Assembly: GCA_011109175.1 (NCBI GenBank)
Contig: RDEW01000005.1
Coordinates: 740,335 to 804,334, forward strand
Source of the DNA: Dicyema japonicum
Lineage: Eukaryota > Animalia > Dicyemida
Direction: 5' to 3'
Length of the DNA: 64,000 bases
Program-made: the position numbers and the translations under genes
Shown here: piece after piece, positions 51,572-63,371 of the stretch
Layout of the letters: each line of letters opens with the position of its first letter
Numbering within the stretch: the stretch's first letter is position 1
Notes under the pieces: model-generated
Database searches by the model: none
Told to the model about the DNA's origin: nothing
Seen by the model: the letters and a program-made list of their open reading frames with translations, nothing else

Positions 51572-52231
51572 ATCACGTGGTGTCTTGTGACTCACCCGAT
51601 AAGGTGTCACTCAATCCGGAAAAGAACGAAAAGAGCCATTAACTTCCCCCACCTCTTGGGGGTTTCCGTAACTTATGTGCCTCCGACTCCGTATTGTGTC
51701 ATCATTGTTCTGGACTTTTGATCCTGCTATGTGGCGACATAGAAACGAACCCTGGTCCACGTGGAGACTTAATAATTCTACAACTAAATACAAATGGAAT
51801 TAAAAGGAAGATTCTGGAACTTCGAGCTCTCCGCAACTCGAGCTGACCTTGCGTGGGTTCGAATCCGATAGATGGAGTCAATTCTTGTCAAACAGATCCC
51901 ACCCTGAGGCGACGAGTCTTTCTGCCACGACACTGTAGTTAAATGGGATCTTCCTACCTCCCTCCCTGACCAAATCCTCTGGTGAATATTGCATTATGAA
52001 AACTATTCCGCTGAAGAATGAAGTGATGTCCGCACGGTAGGAAGTGGGACAAATATGGAAAAGGGCGGACCTACTTCTCCACCTCTCTTCGGAAGCCTGT
52101 AATGAACTATTGGAAGATGATTTGGTCGGCACAAGCAGAAGTTCTCCCTTTGGTTCCTCTCTTGGATTAGTTAGTTATGACTGTTTGTGCTGGGCTTACT
52201 ATTGTAAGCCTGGGGTTAATAATAATAATAA
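51572..52231 (+). mobile_element. Internally deleted LINE derivative: 5' end with 2A-like peptide fused to the 3' UTR (Ingi/Vingi-like)
   Basis: LLILLCGDIETNPGP (51715-51759) followed by the APE start IILQLNTNGI; after ~51840 the sequence jumps to the 3' region shared with 3055-3420 (-) and ends in (TAA)n. The 5' boundary is approximate. Confidence 0.75.
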
Positions 52232-52914
52232 GATTTCCACCATAAAATTTAAGCATTTTGTTATAGCGCACTGAAGTTAGTTACACAAAATTAATTGTGG
52301 ATAAATTCATGACCAATATGTAACGGGAACCCTTTACAATTTATACAAATTTGGGTTTCAGAAGTGTTCGTCTCCAGTCGTTTCAGCCCAGGAATTTATT
52401 GTTCCGTTATTCTGTATGCCTTTTACTGAATAGCTGCGATTTCATAAATATTTTTCCATGAAATGAATGAATAAACTCCAGGAGAAACATAAAATGCATG
52501 GTTCAACGTAATTTTTGTATAACATTACTAGTTGCTCAGTTAAAACACTAAACATATGATTACTTAGGGTTCCGCTTGTGTCATGTCTTTGCTATCCGTT
52601 CCACCAGTTTTCTCCAAGCAATTTTCATAACTTAATTTATCGTTTGAGGGTCCGTTCTCTTCAGAAGCATCTCGAGTATTGTCGACTGTAACAAGATAGT
52701 CGAGAAACGTTGGAGGGTTTTTGTAACTGTTGCTTGTAAGTTGGCAATCTTCTTATAAATAAACGCTTATTGGATGATTGACAGTTCTATAAGACAAAAA
52801 TCTCTTTATTGCTTGATGACGATGTAGCCACTTATTCGTTTTTATTAAATTTTTGCAAAAAATTATAAACTAAGAAACTGATTAAAAATAGATAAAAACA
52901 AAAAATAAAGTTAG

Positions 52915-53180
52915 CTTAAATAACAGTGCTGTTTTCTCTGACACGTTCTCGAAGCCGTCCAGTATCAGCAAGATCCTTGGTGACCTCTTGGATCATTGAC
53001 AATATCTGATTAGCTAAGTTTTCCGCTTACGAACCAAGAATTACTGACTTCTCAACGGCTAACGGGATAAACAGATGATCCTTTGAAATGATTCGGTACT
53101 TTCTTCTTTTTCGACCCCGATCTTCAGTTTTCTTAGAAGCATGACCTGGGTCCGGCGCTGAAGCGGCCAAACATTACTGG
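52915..53180 (-). mobile_element. Divergent CRE 3' stub
   Basis: PGHASKKTED..RKRRKYRIISKDHLFIPLAVEKS. Confidence 0.65.
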
Positions 53181-53959
53181 GGGTACGTGTAAAATTAAAT
53201 TATTATTAACCCTCATTAACGTAGTGATGATAATAGAAACCCCTAAGACTATATATCAAGTGAGAAATAATACTATGAAGTCTGTTCAAAAATAGCCACA
53301 ATTCATTTCTTAACAAATATTCGCTGTATTTTTTTTCATTCATCAAACCTATTGGAGTTCGTATTACATTTCGGGATTCTAAGCATGATAACGAAGGAAA
53401 ATGTAGATTTATAAGGTGCACAATATCGAAGTTAATTTGGTTACAACACCAATTAATTTGGAGTTGCAGTGCAGTTCAATGACGTTCCAGGTATCCTGAG
53501 TGAGGTGGAAACGGATTGAATTCAGGTCAACGGCTCCTTTTCAAGATGAGAAAAGTTTAGAAGCGTATAATAAATTAGATTTAGTTGTGTTTCCGTAAAA
53601 ATAAAACTTGATCCTATCAAAGTTTTTTACTTTTTATTTATTCATTTTTTATCTACACGAATCTCAATTTCTAGGAATCTTCTGAATAATTTTGTAAATC
53701 AAGATATATCATTTATAATTAAATTATATTAAAAATCAAAAGATTTTATATAAATCTAGAATTACAGCAAATAGAATAAATAAATTCTAATATTAGAGAA
53801 TATCTATTTGAACTATTTTAAAAAATCATTACAATTAACCATATATCACCTTTTCTCATTTCCAGATGGTGAAAATTGAATTATAAATTGGGAAAATTTT
53901 TTTTAGATTTATTTGCTGACTAATTATAAAATGTTAACAAAATCTTGAAAAAAATATTA

Positions 53960-56792
53960 ATTATTATAACAGCGATATAATTATGCAAAATATATTTCTA
54001 AAATAATAGTAACCATACATCATATAATTCTATAACCTCTCCAGCATTTTCATGTAAACGTCTCATATCTGAAAGTAAGCATACATTGACGATTTTATTA
54101 CGGACATTTTTAGAACTCATCATTGGCACAAATATGTGTGCTAGATCATTAACAAATATTACGAAAATTGTAAATCATTCTATAGCAAATCCATATTGCC
54201 CTAAGCCATAATCTTTGGTCCAATTGTTCATTAAAAAGTTCGACAAGAGTATCAATCGACCTCATTAAATATATCGAATACCGTTGATAGTCGTTATAAA
54301 AGATATCATCTCTATTCCATTTTGTAAACGTAGAAATTTTCACAAGAATCTCCTCAGACAAACTTTGATCGTAAGAATCTCAATAGAATCGATCATTAAG
54401 TTGGACAAAGTATCGCAGATTCTATTATAGATATGTGGGCCATTATCATGGGTGTATTCCCTTTTAAATAACTCGGAATATACATTAAATAATGAATCAA
54501 CCTACTGTTCCAAACAAGAGGTCGAATTTTCTTAAATTTAGTTAGATTTTCAATAACATTAAAAACTGGAAATAAAATGCTTTTATTTTCAGGATATTCT
54601 AGAAAAAAATCTAGAATTAAATTAATCCCGCCCAACTCGACAAACAAGGTACCATTTTTAAGGTTATCATCTATCACTAAATAAAACAATTTACCAAGAA
54701 GAGACCATATAAGTATCCAAGAAATAGTACAAAATGAATCATTTATCAAATCGGTAAATATAAGAGATCAAATGAATTATAGTTATCAATAGGCGTATGA
54801 AGTTGGTTTAAGATTGTCTGAATAAACAATGAAATCGACAGAAACTATAATGAGTTAGCTAAAATACATAATTTGATAATGTCCATGGTTGTATAATGGA
54901 CATCAAATATTCTAAATCTTTTATGAACTAAAAATTTTAAAAATCATGACAACCTTAGTATCTCTGCAGTAATTTTTTAAAATAACAAGTATCGCTTCAT
55001 AAACAAGGCTAAGTTTAAAATTAACTCCAACCATCGATATGATTTAGAAATGAAATTAACGCTGATTTTGATTATTAGACAATACCTTTATATACAAACA
55101 CAATTACATAATTTTTTTAATAACATTAGGATTTTTTGATGTTCTCAACAACCGGCAAATAAACTGAATTACACTTGACAAATACCCTCAAAAATCGTCT
55201 ATTAAGTGAAGGTCGAATATAAGAGTCCTCATCACAAATAAAATGTATAGTATAACAAAGCAGCTCATCCTTATTCTCGAAGTAAAAAATTGCATTGACC
55301 AAATTATTCAAAAAGAAATACGAGTGACAAAAAGAAAGTGTCTGCCGATATATTTAAACACTCGGACAGGAACTGCCTATTGCTGATAGTACTGTCAACG
55401 TCTTTGAAGTGAAGACATGCAAGGTCAATGCTCCAGGATATGACCACATATCAATGAAACTTATCAAAAGAGGGTCCGGAAATATATTTGACTATCTGTG
55501 ATGTCTTTATGATGGGTGTTTACGACTTGGCCATCTCTTTTTAATATGGAAGAAATCTGTTGTGAAGATGATTCCAAAACCAGGGAAGCCAAAGAGAGAT
55601 CCGGCAAGCTAAAGACCAATTAGCTTAATATGTTTTTTCGCGAAAGTGATTGAACGTATTATTTTCGAAAAGGCTAAGCAGACATATAGAAGAGAATGAC
55701 TTTCTGATACCGGAACAGTGGGGTTTTCGTCCTGAAGAGGCTGTACGTTTAATATATTTTTACACGTCCGAGGAATCTTAATACTAGTCTTTTTATTTAT
55801 GCGGATGACACAATCGTGGTGGACACATTTCTAAAATCTTCTATTTCTGAAGGAAGAATGCGGGAGTATGTTGACCAGATTAAGCATTTGAGAGGGCTAA
55901 AGCTCGATCTACAATTAATCATGTTATATGACTTTGTCATTATTTTTGAAAAATTGCGAAATTCGATAAGCACAAACTTTTTGAATTCCTCTTTCGAACA
56001 GTTCTCTAAAATTCAGTAGGTAAAATACGGATTTAATAATTTATAATCAATTTTAAATCCAGACAAATCAAAGAATTCTAAATTCTTGGCTAATCTTAAC
56101 AAAGGTGTGCAATCACATCTTAATTTAGAGATATTCTTGCTGTCTGTATACGAAAAGTATCTTAATGTAACAAACAAAAAACTTTAATGATTCGGGACTG
56201 TTCAGGCTGTTTGAAAAATCTTCGAAATTGGAAATCATAATATTGTCAAAATTAATTCTTTCGAGTTCTTTAATCAATTTGATTGTGCAACTATAAATTG
56301 TTGTAAGATTTCTTTTTTTTATTCGAGAATTTGAAAAAAGTTCAAGTGACCTAATTTCACTGAATCCACTTTTAATTAGCAAATGTAATAAGATTGGGTC
56401 ATCATAATCCAAAAGAGTGAAAGAATTACATTATTTTGGAGAAAACGTCAGTGGACACGAATTATCAGAAGATACTATCTTTGCTAATTTGACATTTATT
56501 AAATTTGGTAGATTTCTGCCCAAATTTGCTAAATCTTTAATATCAATGGGAATTTTGGTCAAATCGAGGCAATAAATGTTGTAACGTACTTCTGTACATT
56601 TATTCAAAATCGAGAAATCATCGAAAATTGAAAATATCATCTGTGAATCGAATCACTAAAATATTCTATCTCATAATATATTCTTTCAGAAATCATCATC
56701 TTTGACTTTGAATTTAAGTTGTTATATTTATTCAAATCAATCTTTTTTCGAAAATTATTTATGCAAATTGAATACAATGAGGGAATCTGCAT
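53960..56792 (-). pseudogene. ZER1/ZYG11-like copy B, interrupted by a LINE fragment
   Basis: ATG at 56792 (MQIPSLYSICINNF), collinear with copy A throughout: DYDDPILLHLLIKSGFSEIRSLEL, NGTLFVELGGINLILDFFLEYPEN, RSIDTLVELF...WLRAIW. Frameshifts plus an insertion at 55346-55905. Confidence 0.72.
55346..55905 (+). repeat. ~560-bp near-identical copy of internal LINE sequence 57226-57786
   Basis: Both start CCGATATATTTAAACACTCGG and end GAGAGGGCTAAAGCTC. Confidence 0.92.
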
Positions 56793-57029
56793 TTCTTACT
56801 AAATGTGTGAATTAATTAGATTTTTAAAAACTTTATTAAATTATTATTAAAAACCAATAATTATGATTTTTTATATTATTTTTTTTTATTTTTTATAAAC
56901 AGCTTTTATTCTTTGGAAGTCGAGAACTAACGAATCTCATGCAGTCATATCTTCACTTATTTGCACGGAGGGTTTTCTCAAAAAAATAATCATTATTTTG
57001 TGTCGCCAATTATTATGAGTTTATTTGTG

Positions 57030-58270
57030 AGAGGAATCGCCTAAGGGCAAAGCAAAGGCGTTGTGTTGACAAAATGACGGAGAATTCATATCAGCCAGAA
57101 TCAGGATGATGAAGGAAGCAATCAGCAGTATATGGAAGTAGTAGACTGACCGTATATGGAAGGCTGAGGCTGCAAAAATTGATATGAAGAATCCCTCTTT
57201 TTGGAAGTCTATCAAAAGATAATGTGTCCGATATATTTAAACACTCGGACAGGAACTGCCTATTGCTGATAGCACTGTCAACGTCTTTGAAGTGAAGACA
57301 TGCAAGGTCAATGCTCCAGGATATGACCACATATCAATGAAACTCATCAAAGAGGGTCCGGAAATATATTTGACTATCTGCGATGTCTTTATGATGGGTG
57401 TTTACGACTTGGCCACCTCCCATTAATATGGAAGAAAGCTGTTGTGAAGATGATTCCAAAACCAGGGAAGCCAAAGAGAGATCCGGCAAGCTAAAGACCA
57501 ATTAGCTTAATATGTTTTTTCGCGAAAGTGATTGAACGTATTATTTTCGAAAAGGCTAAGCAGACATATAGAAAAGAATGACTTTCTGATTCCGGAACAG
57601 TGGGGTTTTCGTCCCGAAGAGGCTGTGAAGTTTAATATATTTTTACACGTCCGAGGAATCTTAATACTAGTCTTTTTATTTATGCGGATGACACAATCGT
57701 GGTGGACACATTTCTAAAATCTTCTATTTCTGAAGAAGAATGCGGGAGTATGTTGACCAGATTGAGCATTTGAGAGGGCTAAAGCTCTTTGATGAAAAAT
57801 CTTGCGCACTCCGAATAAGCAATGTGAAAAAGCACCTGAAACAAGAATACACGCTGGGAGTAAACAATGCACACAGTCTGCGCTACCTGGGGGTCGACTA
57901 TGGACGCGCAGAAGATTACATGGACGATATGAAGGGAATGAGAAAGAGAGCCTTTCAGTCGCTCATATGTACACGGAAGTTACACGTTAGCTAGGAGAGT
58001 TGCAATTAAGAAGAGGGAGAAGATCATATCCCTCTTAGAGAAGACTAGGAGAGATGCAATTAAGCTCTCCTTAAACAAGAAACTGAAAGACTTTTTAAGC
58101 GAGGACGAAAACAAGCTCTTAGAATCGATTAGCAGAATTAAGGAGGATCGGATCAATGGTTTCAGGAGGAGATCAGAGATCCAGGACACGTATATAAAGC
58201 TGGGAGAAAACGTCCTGAAAAAAATAAAAAAAAGGAGGAAGGGTCCTGGTGTGGAGTCCAAGCCTTATAG
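57030..58270 (+). mobile_element. Jockey/I-group-like LINE RT fragment with internal deletions
   Basis: APGYDHI...WKKAVVKMIPKPGKP...RPISL...KVIERI, EQWGFR, LRYLGVDY. Confidence 0.82.
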
Positions 58271-59759
58271 GGAGACTCGAATGAAATACTCTCCAAAAAA
58301 CTCCTTAATTTTTTTGTTAATAAATCGTTGTTGTTTTGGTTATTCTTTGGATTGCTCTTTTTTTCTTCATCCTTTACACCCCAAATCTTCTATACTATTG
58401 AAGTAGAATAAGGCCTTATTAAAAGCTTAGTCAGGTCAAAACTATATAGGTAGTAGCCAAACATTTTTGTAGTCAGATATAATAAAGGTTTCCTTTCAGT
58501 AGACAATTTAATTGTGATAAGCATTGTCGTATGATCACTACTGATATCGTATAGCTCATTCCAACTGGCAATGTGATCTTGATATGTGAAATGTAAAGTC
58601 AGGATAGAACGCCATGCTATCTGTTGAGTAAGGAGTTCTTGTATTGAATATAGGGATTATTGGGTTATCCACATTCAATAATAATTCGTTTCCTTTGGAT
58701 TTCCCAGCTTTTTCTTAAACCACATAGGATACTTAGTATTCAGGTCACGACATAATAATTGGAAATGTGGACATCTACAGTGCAAACTGCAAATCATTGG
58801 AGCATCAACTAGGAGGAGTTACATACATTTATCGTGTAATGTTGCCAACGTTTGTTGAAACTACGATGTACTCAATCAGATTGAGAAGGATTTTACCCAT
58901 CCATTTAGAAATGTTATATTTATTGGTATTAAATAAATAGAGTTATTTTAAGCTAAAGGTTTTCAACTGTTTAGTATATATACGAGTTGAGACAACTGAA
59001 GCCATGAGGAAGAAGTCTTCCCTTTTCGAGAATCTGGGTCGTCTGAGAGCGCATTTCCCCAATGAATTAATTAGTTGTTTTTACTAAAATGTCCGATTAT
59101 TAAATCAATCTAAAAATTCAGCATAATCGAATCAATCAATTCAAATATCAAAGACATCGCATGCTCTGAAACCACAATCCTAATTACTGTCAATAAATTA
59201 TTCTGAAAAAATGCAATAGATTAAGAAGAAAAAAATTAAATTTAGCTATTTTCAGCAATGATAAATATCCCAATAACTATTATAAAATTATTGATTAAAT
59301 TATGAAATTTGCCAATTCCCAAATTTGCCGCAAAAGTCTGGAACCAAAAATGGCATATTTCGGAGAGTTTACTGTACTTGATAGTTGGATTGAAGAAATA
59401 AGCAAAATGTCTAATTTTCGAAGATTCAATCGAGAGAGTTGTGTTTTGAGGAACATAAATGATGCTACTACCGTGCATTTTCTTTGAGTGTTAATCGGAA
59501 GAAAGGGATACTTTATTGAAGACATAACTGTTAAGAAGAGAACAAACTCTTCTTTGCATGAAAATGTTGAAATTGGAAAAAACCCCATTTGTTAAAATTA
59601 CTTTGGAAGGAATTCTAATCTGAGAAATTTTTTCTTCTGGTATTGTTTATAGCATTAGTTGTTCGCCAGTATATATGAATAAGAGCATCTAATATGCATA
59701 AACGCTTATTCAATATTTGAACAACACAATTTTTAAAAACAATTATTTATTAAAATAAA

Positions 59760-59870
59760 ATAGCAGCAGCGATCAAGGGGATCTCCTGTCTGTGCAGAAA
59801 TCGATTCTTTAGACTACTCAAGAATTCCAGCGTCGCAGGCGTCGAAGGAACCAGGCGTCTCAACATCGAA
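59760..59870 (-). mobile_element. CRE internal stub
   Basis: VETPGSF..TLEFLSSL.NR...TGDP on the minus strand. Confidence 0.65.
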
Positions 59871-59990
59871 TTTTAGATTATTATAAAAAAAAGAATAAAT
59901 ATAAATTTTAGTGGAAAATATAAAATTTTAATTAATTTTTTATATCACTATTTTAAAATTTATCTACACTTTTTTTAAATTTTTTTTTTT

Positions 59991-62900
59991 GGTGAGGTGG
60001 TGACGTGCCTCGTTTCTTGATTGGATCGCAATTGAGGAAAATGTCTAAAAGGCAATGGATACAAAGGGATGCATCTCGTCTAAAAGTCCTTACGTTCAAT
60101 GCTAGAGGCTTATCTACGACTTGGTCGAGGAAGATTCTCTGTGATGACCTGGAGAGATACGACGTTTCTATTGGGTGTCTACAAGAGACGAAAGTCACTT
60201 GTAGCCTTGATGAAAACTTTGGCGAATATCGAATTATATGTCAGCCGAGCGACTCAACATTATGGACTTGGATTTGCCATCCACTCAAAGTTGACAAGTG
60301 CAGTCCACCGTATATGGAGTGTGAATGACAGGATCTGTGTTATACAAATCCGGCTAAACGACTTACCTCCTTCGAAGAGCTTTCTGACAATTGTAAATGT
60401 TTATGCGCCACACTGCGGGAGAGTAGCGAAAGATCCGACAGAACTAGACGACTTCTATTCAACACTGTTACGGACGTACAACGAATATGAGTCGTCATCA
60501 CTAATACTCATTGCTGGTGATTTGAATGCAAAAGTCGGGATGAAGAATAACCCGGATGATGTTTTCTTGGGAGAACATGGACGTGGAATAAGAAATTTAC
60601 CCGGGACAATACTTGGTCACTTTTGTATGGCAAACAACCTTTTCCTATGCAATACTGCATTTACGCATCCTGCCTGCCACAAAACTACGTGGATGGGGAA
60701 GCGAAGGAACTCAGAAGGAAAGCTGGTCCCAATATACAACCAAATCGATTATGTCATATGCCGGGCTAAAGACAAACACCTTCTAGTAAACGCACGTTCA
60801 TATGAAGGTTCGACGACTGTCAGCGACCACAAGATGGTTATTGCGACCTTCACCCTGAAAAAACATGCCATAAATACAGGAATGCAAAAAATCACGAATT
60901 TGAAAAATCAGAGGCGACTACGCGACTGAAAGGCTGATTTCTCAACCGGAGACTACTGAGAGATATCAACAATACATTCAGACTAATTTGCAGGACGTAT
61001 TGGTGGATACCACGCTAGAAGACGCCTGGAAACGCACAAAGGACACCATCAACGAAGCTGCTGAAGCATGTCTTGGCAAAAGGGAGAATAGTAAAATGCA
61101 CCTGAAGGCTATTCATCCAGATGTTCCTGAGCTTGCGAAAAGTCTAAAAGAAATAAATATGAGAAAATCAAATGCCACTGACACTAATGCGATAAAAGCC
61201 CTTCAAGGCGAAAGACAACGTGTCAGAAGAAAAATAAAGGGTCTGAACAAGAAGCTTTTCATAGAAGAAATAGCCTCCTGTATAGAAGAAGTAAACAAAG
61301 TGAAAGACAACGCACAGGTGTACGTCGCTGCCCGTTTGCTGCGGCGAACAAACCGAAGTCGACTAACCATAAAAGACGAGAACGGTAAGCTGATACTGAA
61401 CACCAAAGAACAAACTGAAGCCATCGCGGCTCACTTTGAGAAGCTTTTCAACATCAAAACCATAGAAATCCACCCATTTGATGGAAGGCCAAGACCCCTT
61501 AAGATACCAATCACGGCCGAGGAAATCAAAACGGCCTGCCGAAAACTCAAGAATAACAGAAGCCCCGGACCAGATGCGATAAACCCAGAACTACTGAAAT
61601 ACGGCCCTGACCTCCTTTTTGAAAAAATCGCTACACTACTAAATGAAATGTTTTCAACTAACTCAACTCTACCTCTGGGTACGGGACTACTAATCCCCAT
61701 ACAAAAAACTAACAAAAACAGAGGACCGCTCGAAAATTTGCGACCCATCATACTACTAAATTCATTACGCAAAGTCTTGGCAAACATTGTGCTTGAACGA
61801 ATAAAAGGACCTGCTTACAAATACCTACCAGATAGTCAAAGTGGTTTTCGAGAAGGGAGATCCACAGCTGATGCGGTCTGGAGTCACAGATGGAGGTGTG
61901 CAACATATCAAAGATACCGTAACGCCACCAATATTTTGGGAATTGATCTATCAAGAGCTTTTGATACGGTTAACAGGAACAAATTAATGGGGGTACTGAG
62001 CGGATTTCTTGATGAATCGAGTCTAAGGATGATCCGAATTCTACTTTCTAACACTGAGCTCCTTGTGAGAGTCGGAAAAACCTATTCAAGAAAATTTGAA
62101 ACAAATACGGGCACTCCACAAGGAGACTCTCTTTCTCCTCTACTATTCACAATTTATTTGGAAGCCGCTATGAGGGAACTTAGACCGTCATACCAAGGAA
62201 AGACGGAAGAAGTAATCTACGCGGACGATGTAGACCTAATTTCTGAAGACAAAGAGGTCCTGGAAAACCTATTAGAAAAAGCACCAGATGTACTAGGGAA
62301 ATGGTTTCTTACTGTGAACAGAGAAAAACAGAACTCACAGAGATAAGAAGGATGAGTAACGTCCTAGAAGAGAAGTGGCGACAAGTAAAGAAACTCGGTT
62401 CACTTATGGGAGATAGCGAAGATATTTTACGTAGGAAAACTCTAGCCAATGCTGCGTTATATAAACTGAAGAATTTATGGCTCAATCAAAAAGGCATCGA
62501 CACAAAAATGAGAATCCTACTATACGACTCATTCATAAAACCCGTACTTTTATATAACGCTGGAACTTGGGCGACCTCATCAGCGGATATGAAAAAAACT
62601 AGACTCGTTCCACAGAGGTCAGCTGAGAAAAATAACAGGAACTACTTGGCCTACGAGAATATCTAGGAATGCTTTATATAAGAGATGCAGCACTAGACCT
62701 ATCAGCTTAGAAGTACTGGAATCCCGATGGAGGCTCTTCGGACACGTGCTTGAGGATGGAATTAACTTCCCCACCGAACATATCTATGGAAACATACTAT
62801 GTTAGTGAAGAAGGCCGCTATCGGGAAGACCAAGAACAACACTGCCAATAGTCTTAAAAAGACCTGGTCAGTATAAAAAAAACCTAACAAATGCCGACGA

Positions 62901-63036
62901 CCTGGACAGCATGAGAGCCTTGGCTAGGAACAGGGAGCATGGAAAAGGATGACATCTAACCTTGTTTCTTTTGCTGCACATGCGGGGCTATAATTAGTAT
63001 GGCTCTTGTGAAGTGCTTAAATAATAATAATAATAA
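59991..63036 (+). mobile_element. Near full-length RTE-clade LINE (single APE-RT ORF, several 1-nt frameshifts)
   Basis: ATG 60041; APE motifs LTFNARG, CLQETK, VNVYAP, AGDLNAKVG, NQIDY, SDH; RT motifs SPGPD, LRPIIL, QSGFR, IDLSRAFD, GTPQGDSLSPLLF, YADD; (TAA)n tail; tentative TSD TAAATTTTTTT with variable T run. Confidence 0.95.
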
Positions 63037-63371
63037 ATAAATTTTTTTAAATTATCACGATAGTGGCCGTTTCATCCAAACAGAAGTAGGCCGGAACAAA
63101 ACAATGGCCTGAGATCTTTGAATGGGTGAGTACAACAACCATTTCGTTCTCTCCACATAACTTCTATTACTTTTATATACTTATCCCAGCACAATGCGAG
63201 CCCATATATTGTCTAGTGGTTCCACATTGGGATAGTCTATTCATACTTGCGTAGGAACATCTTTCAATCAACAGCAGTATTACTATAGCTCAGATCTCCA
63301 CGACAACATTTCGCTGTCAAAACTCCAAAAGGAATGTGCGTATCTTCAATCCATTTCGCTATACAATAAAG

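Noticed and set aside
51572-51700. HDV-like ribozyme upstream of the 2A motif
   Set aside because: I could not build P1, P1.1 and P3 consistently by hand; left as a test on the family consensus.
52290-52640. Second Buster-type remnant
   Set aside because: Shares GGAACCC subterminal motifs with 63372-63440 but no clear TIR or transposase motif; too weak to call.
59240-59600. Third ZER1/LRR-like remnant
   Set aside because: Only vague LRR-like spacing; not alignable by eye to copies A or B.
59991-60050. HDV-like ribozyme at the RTE 5' end
   Set aside because: GGTGAGG can pair with CCTCGTT, but only 10 nt intervene, too few for P2, P3 and L3; these are simple hairpins only.
226-62666. Most antisense or short ORFs in the supplied track
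   Set aside because: They are shadows of the genes and retroelements above, or arise from alternative TTG/GTG starts.
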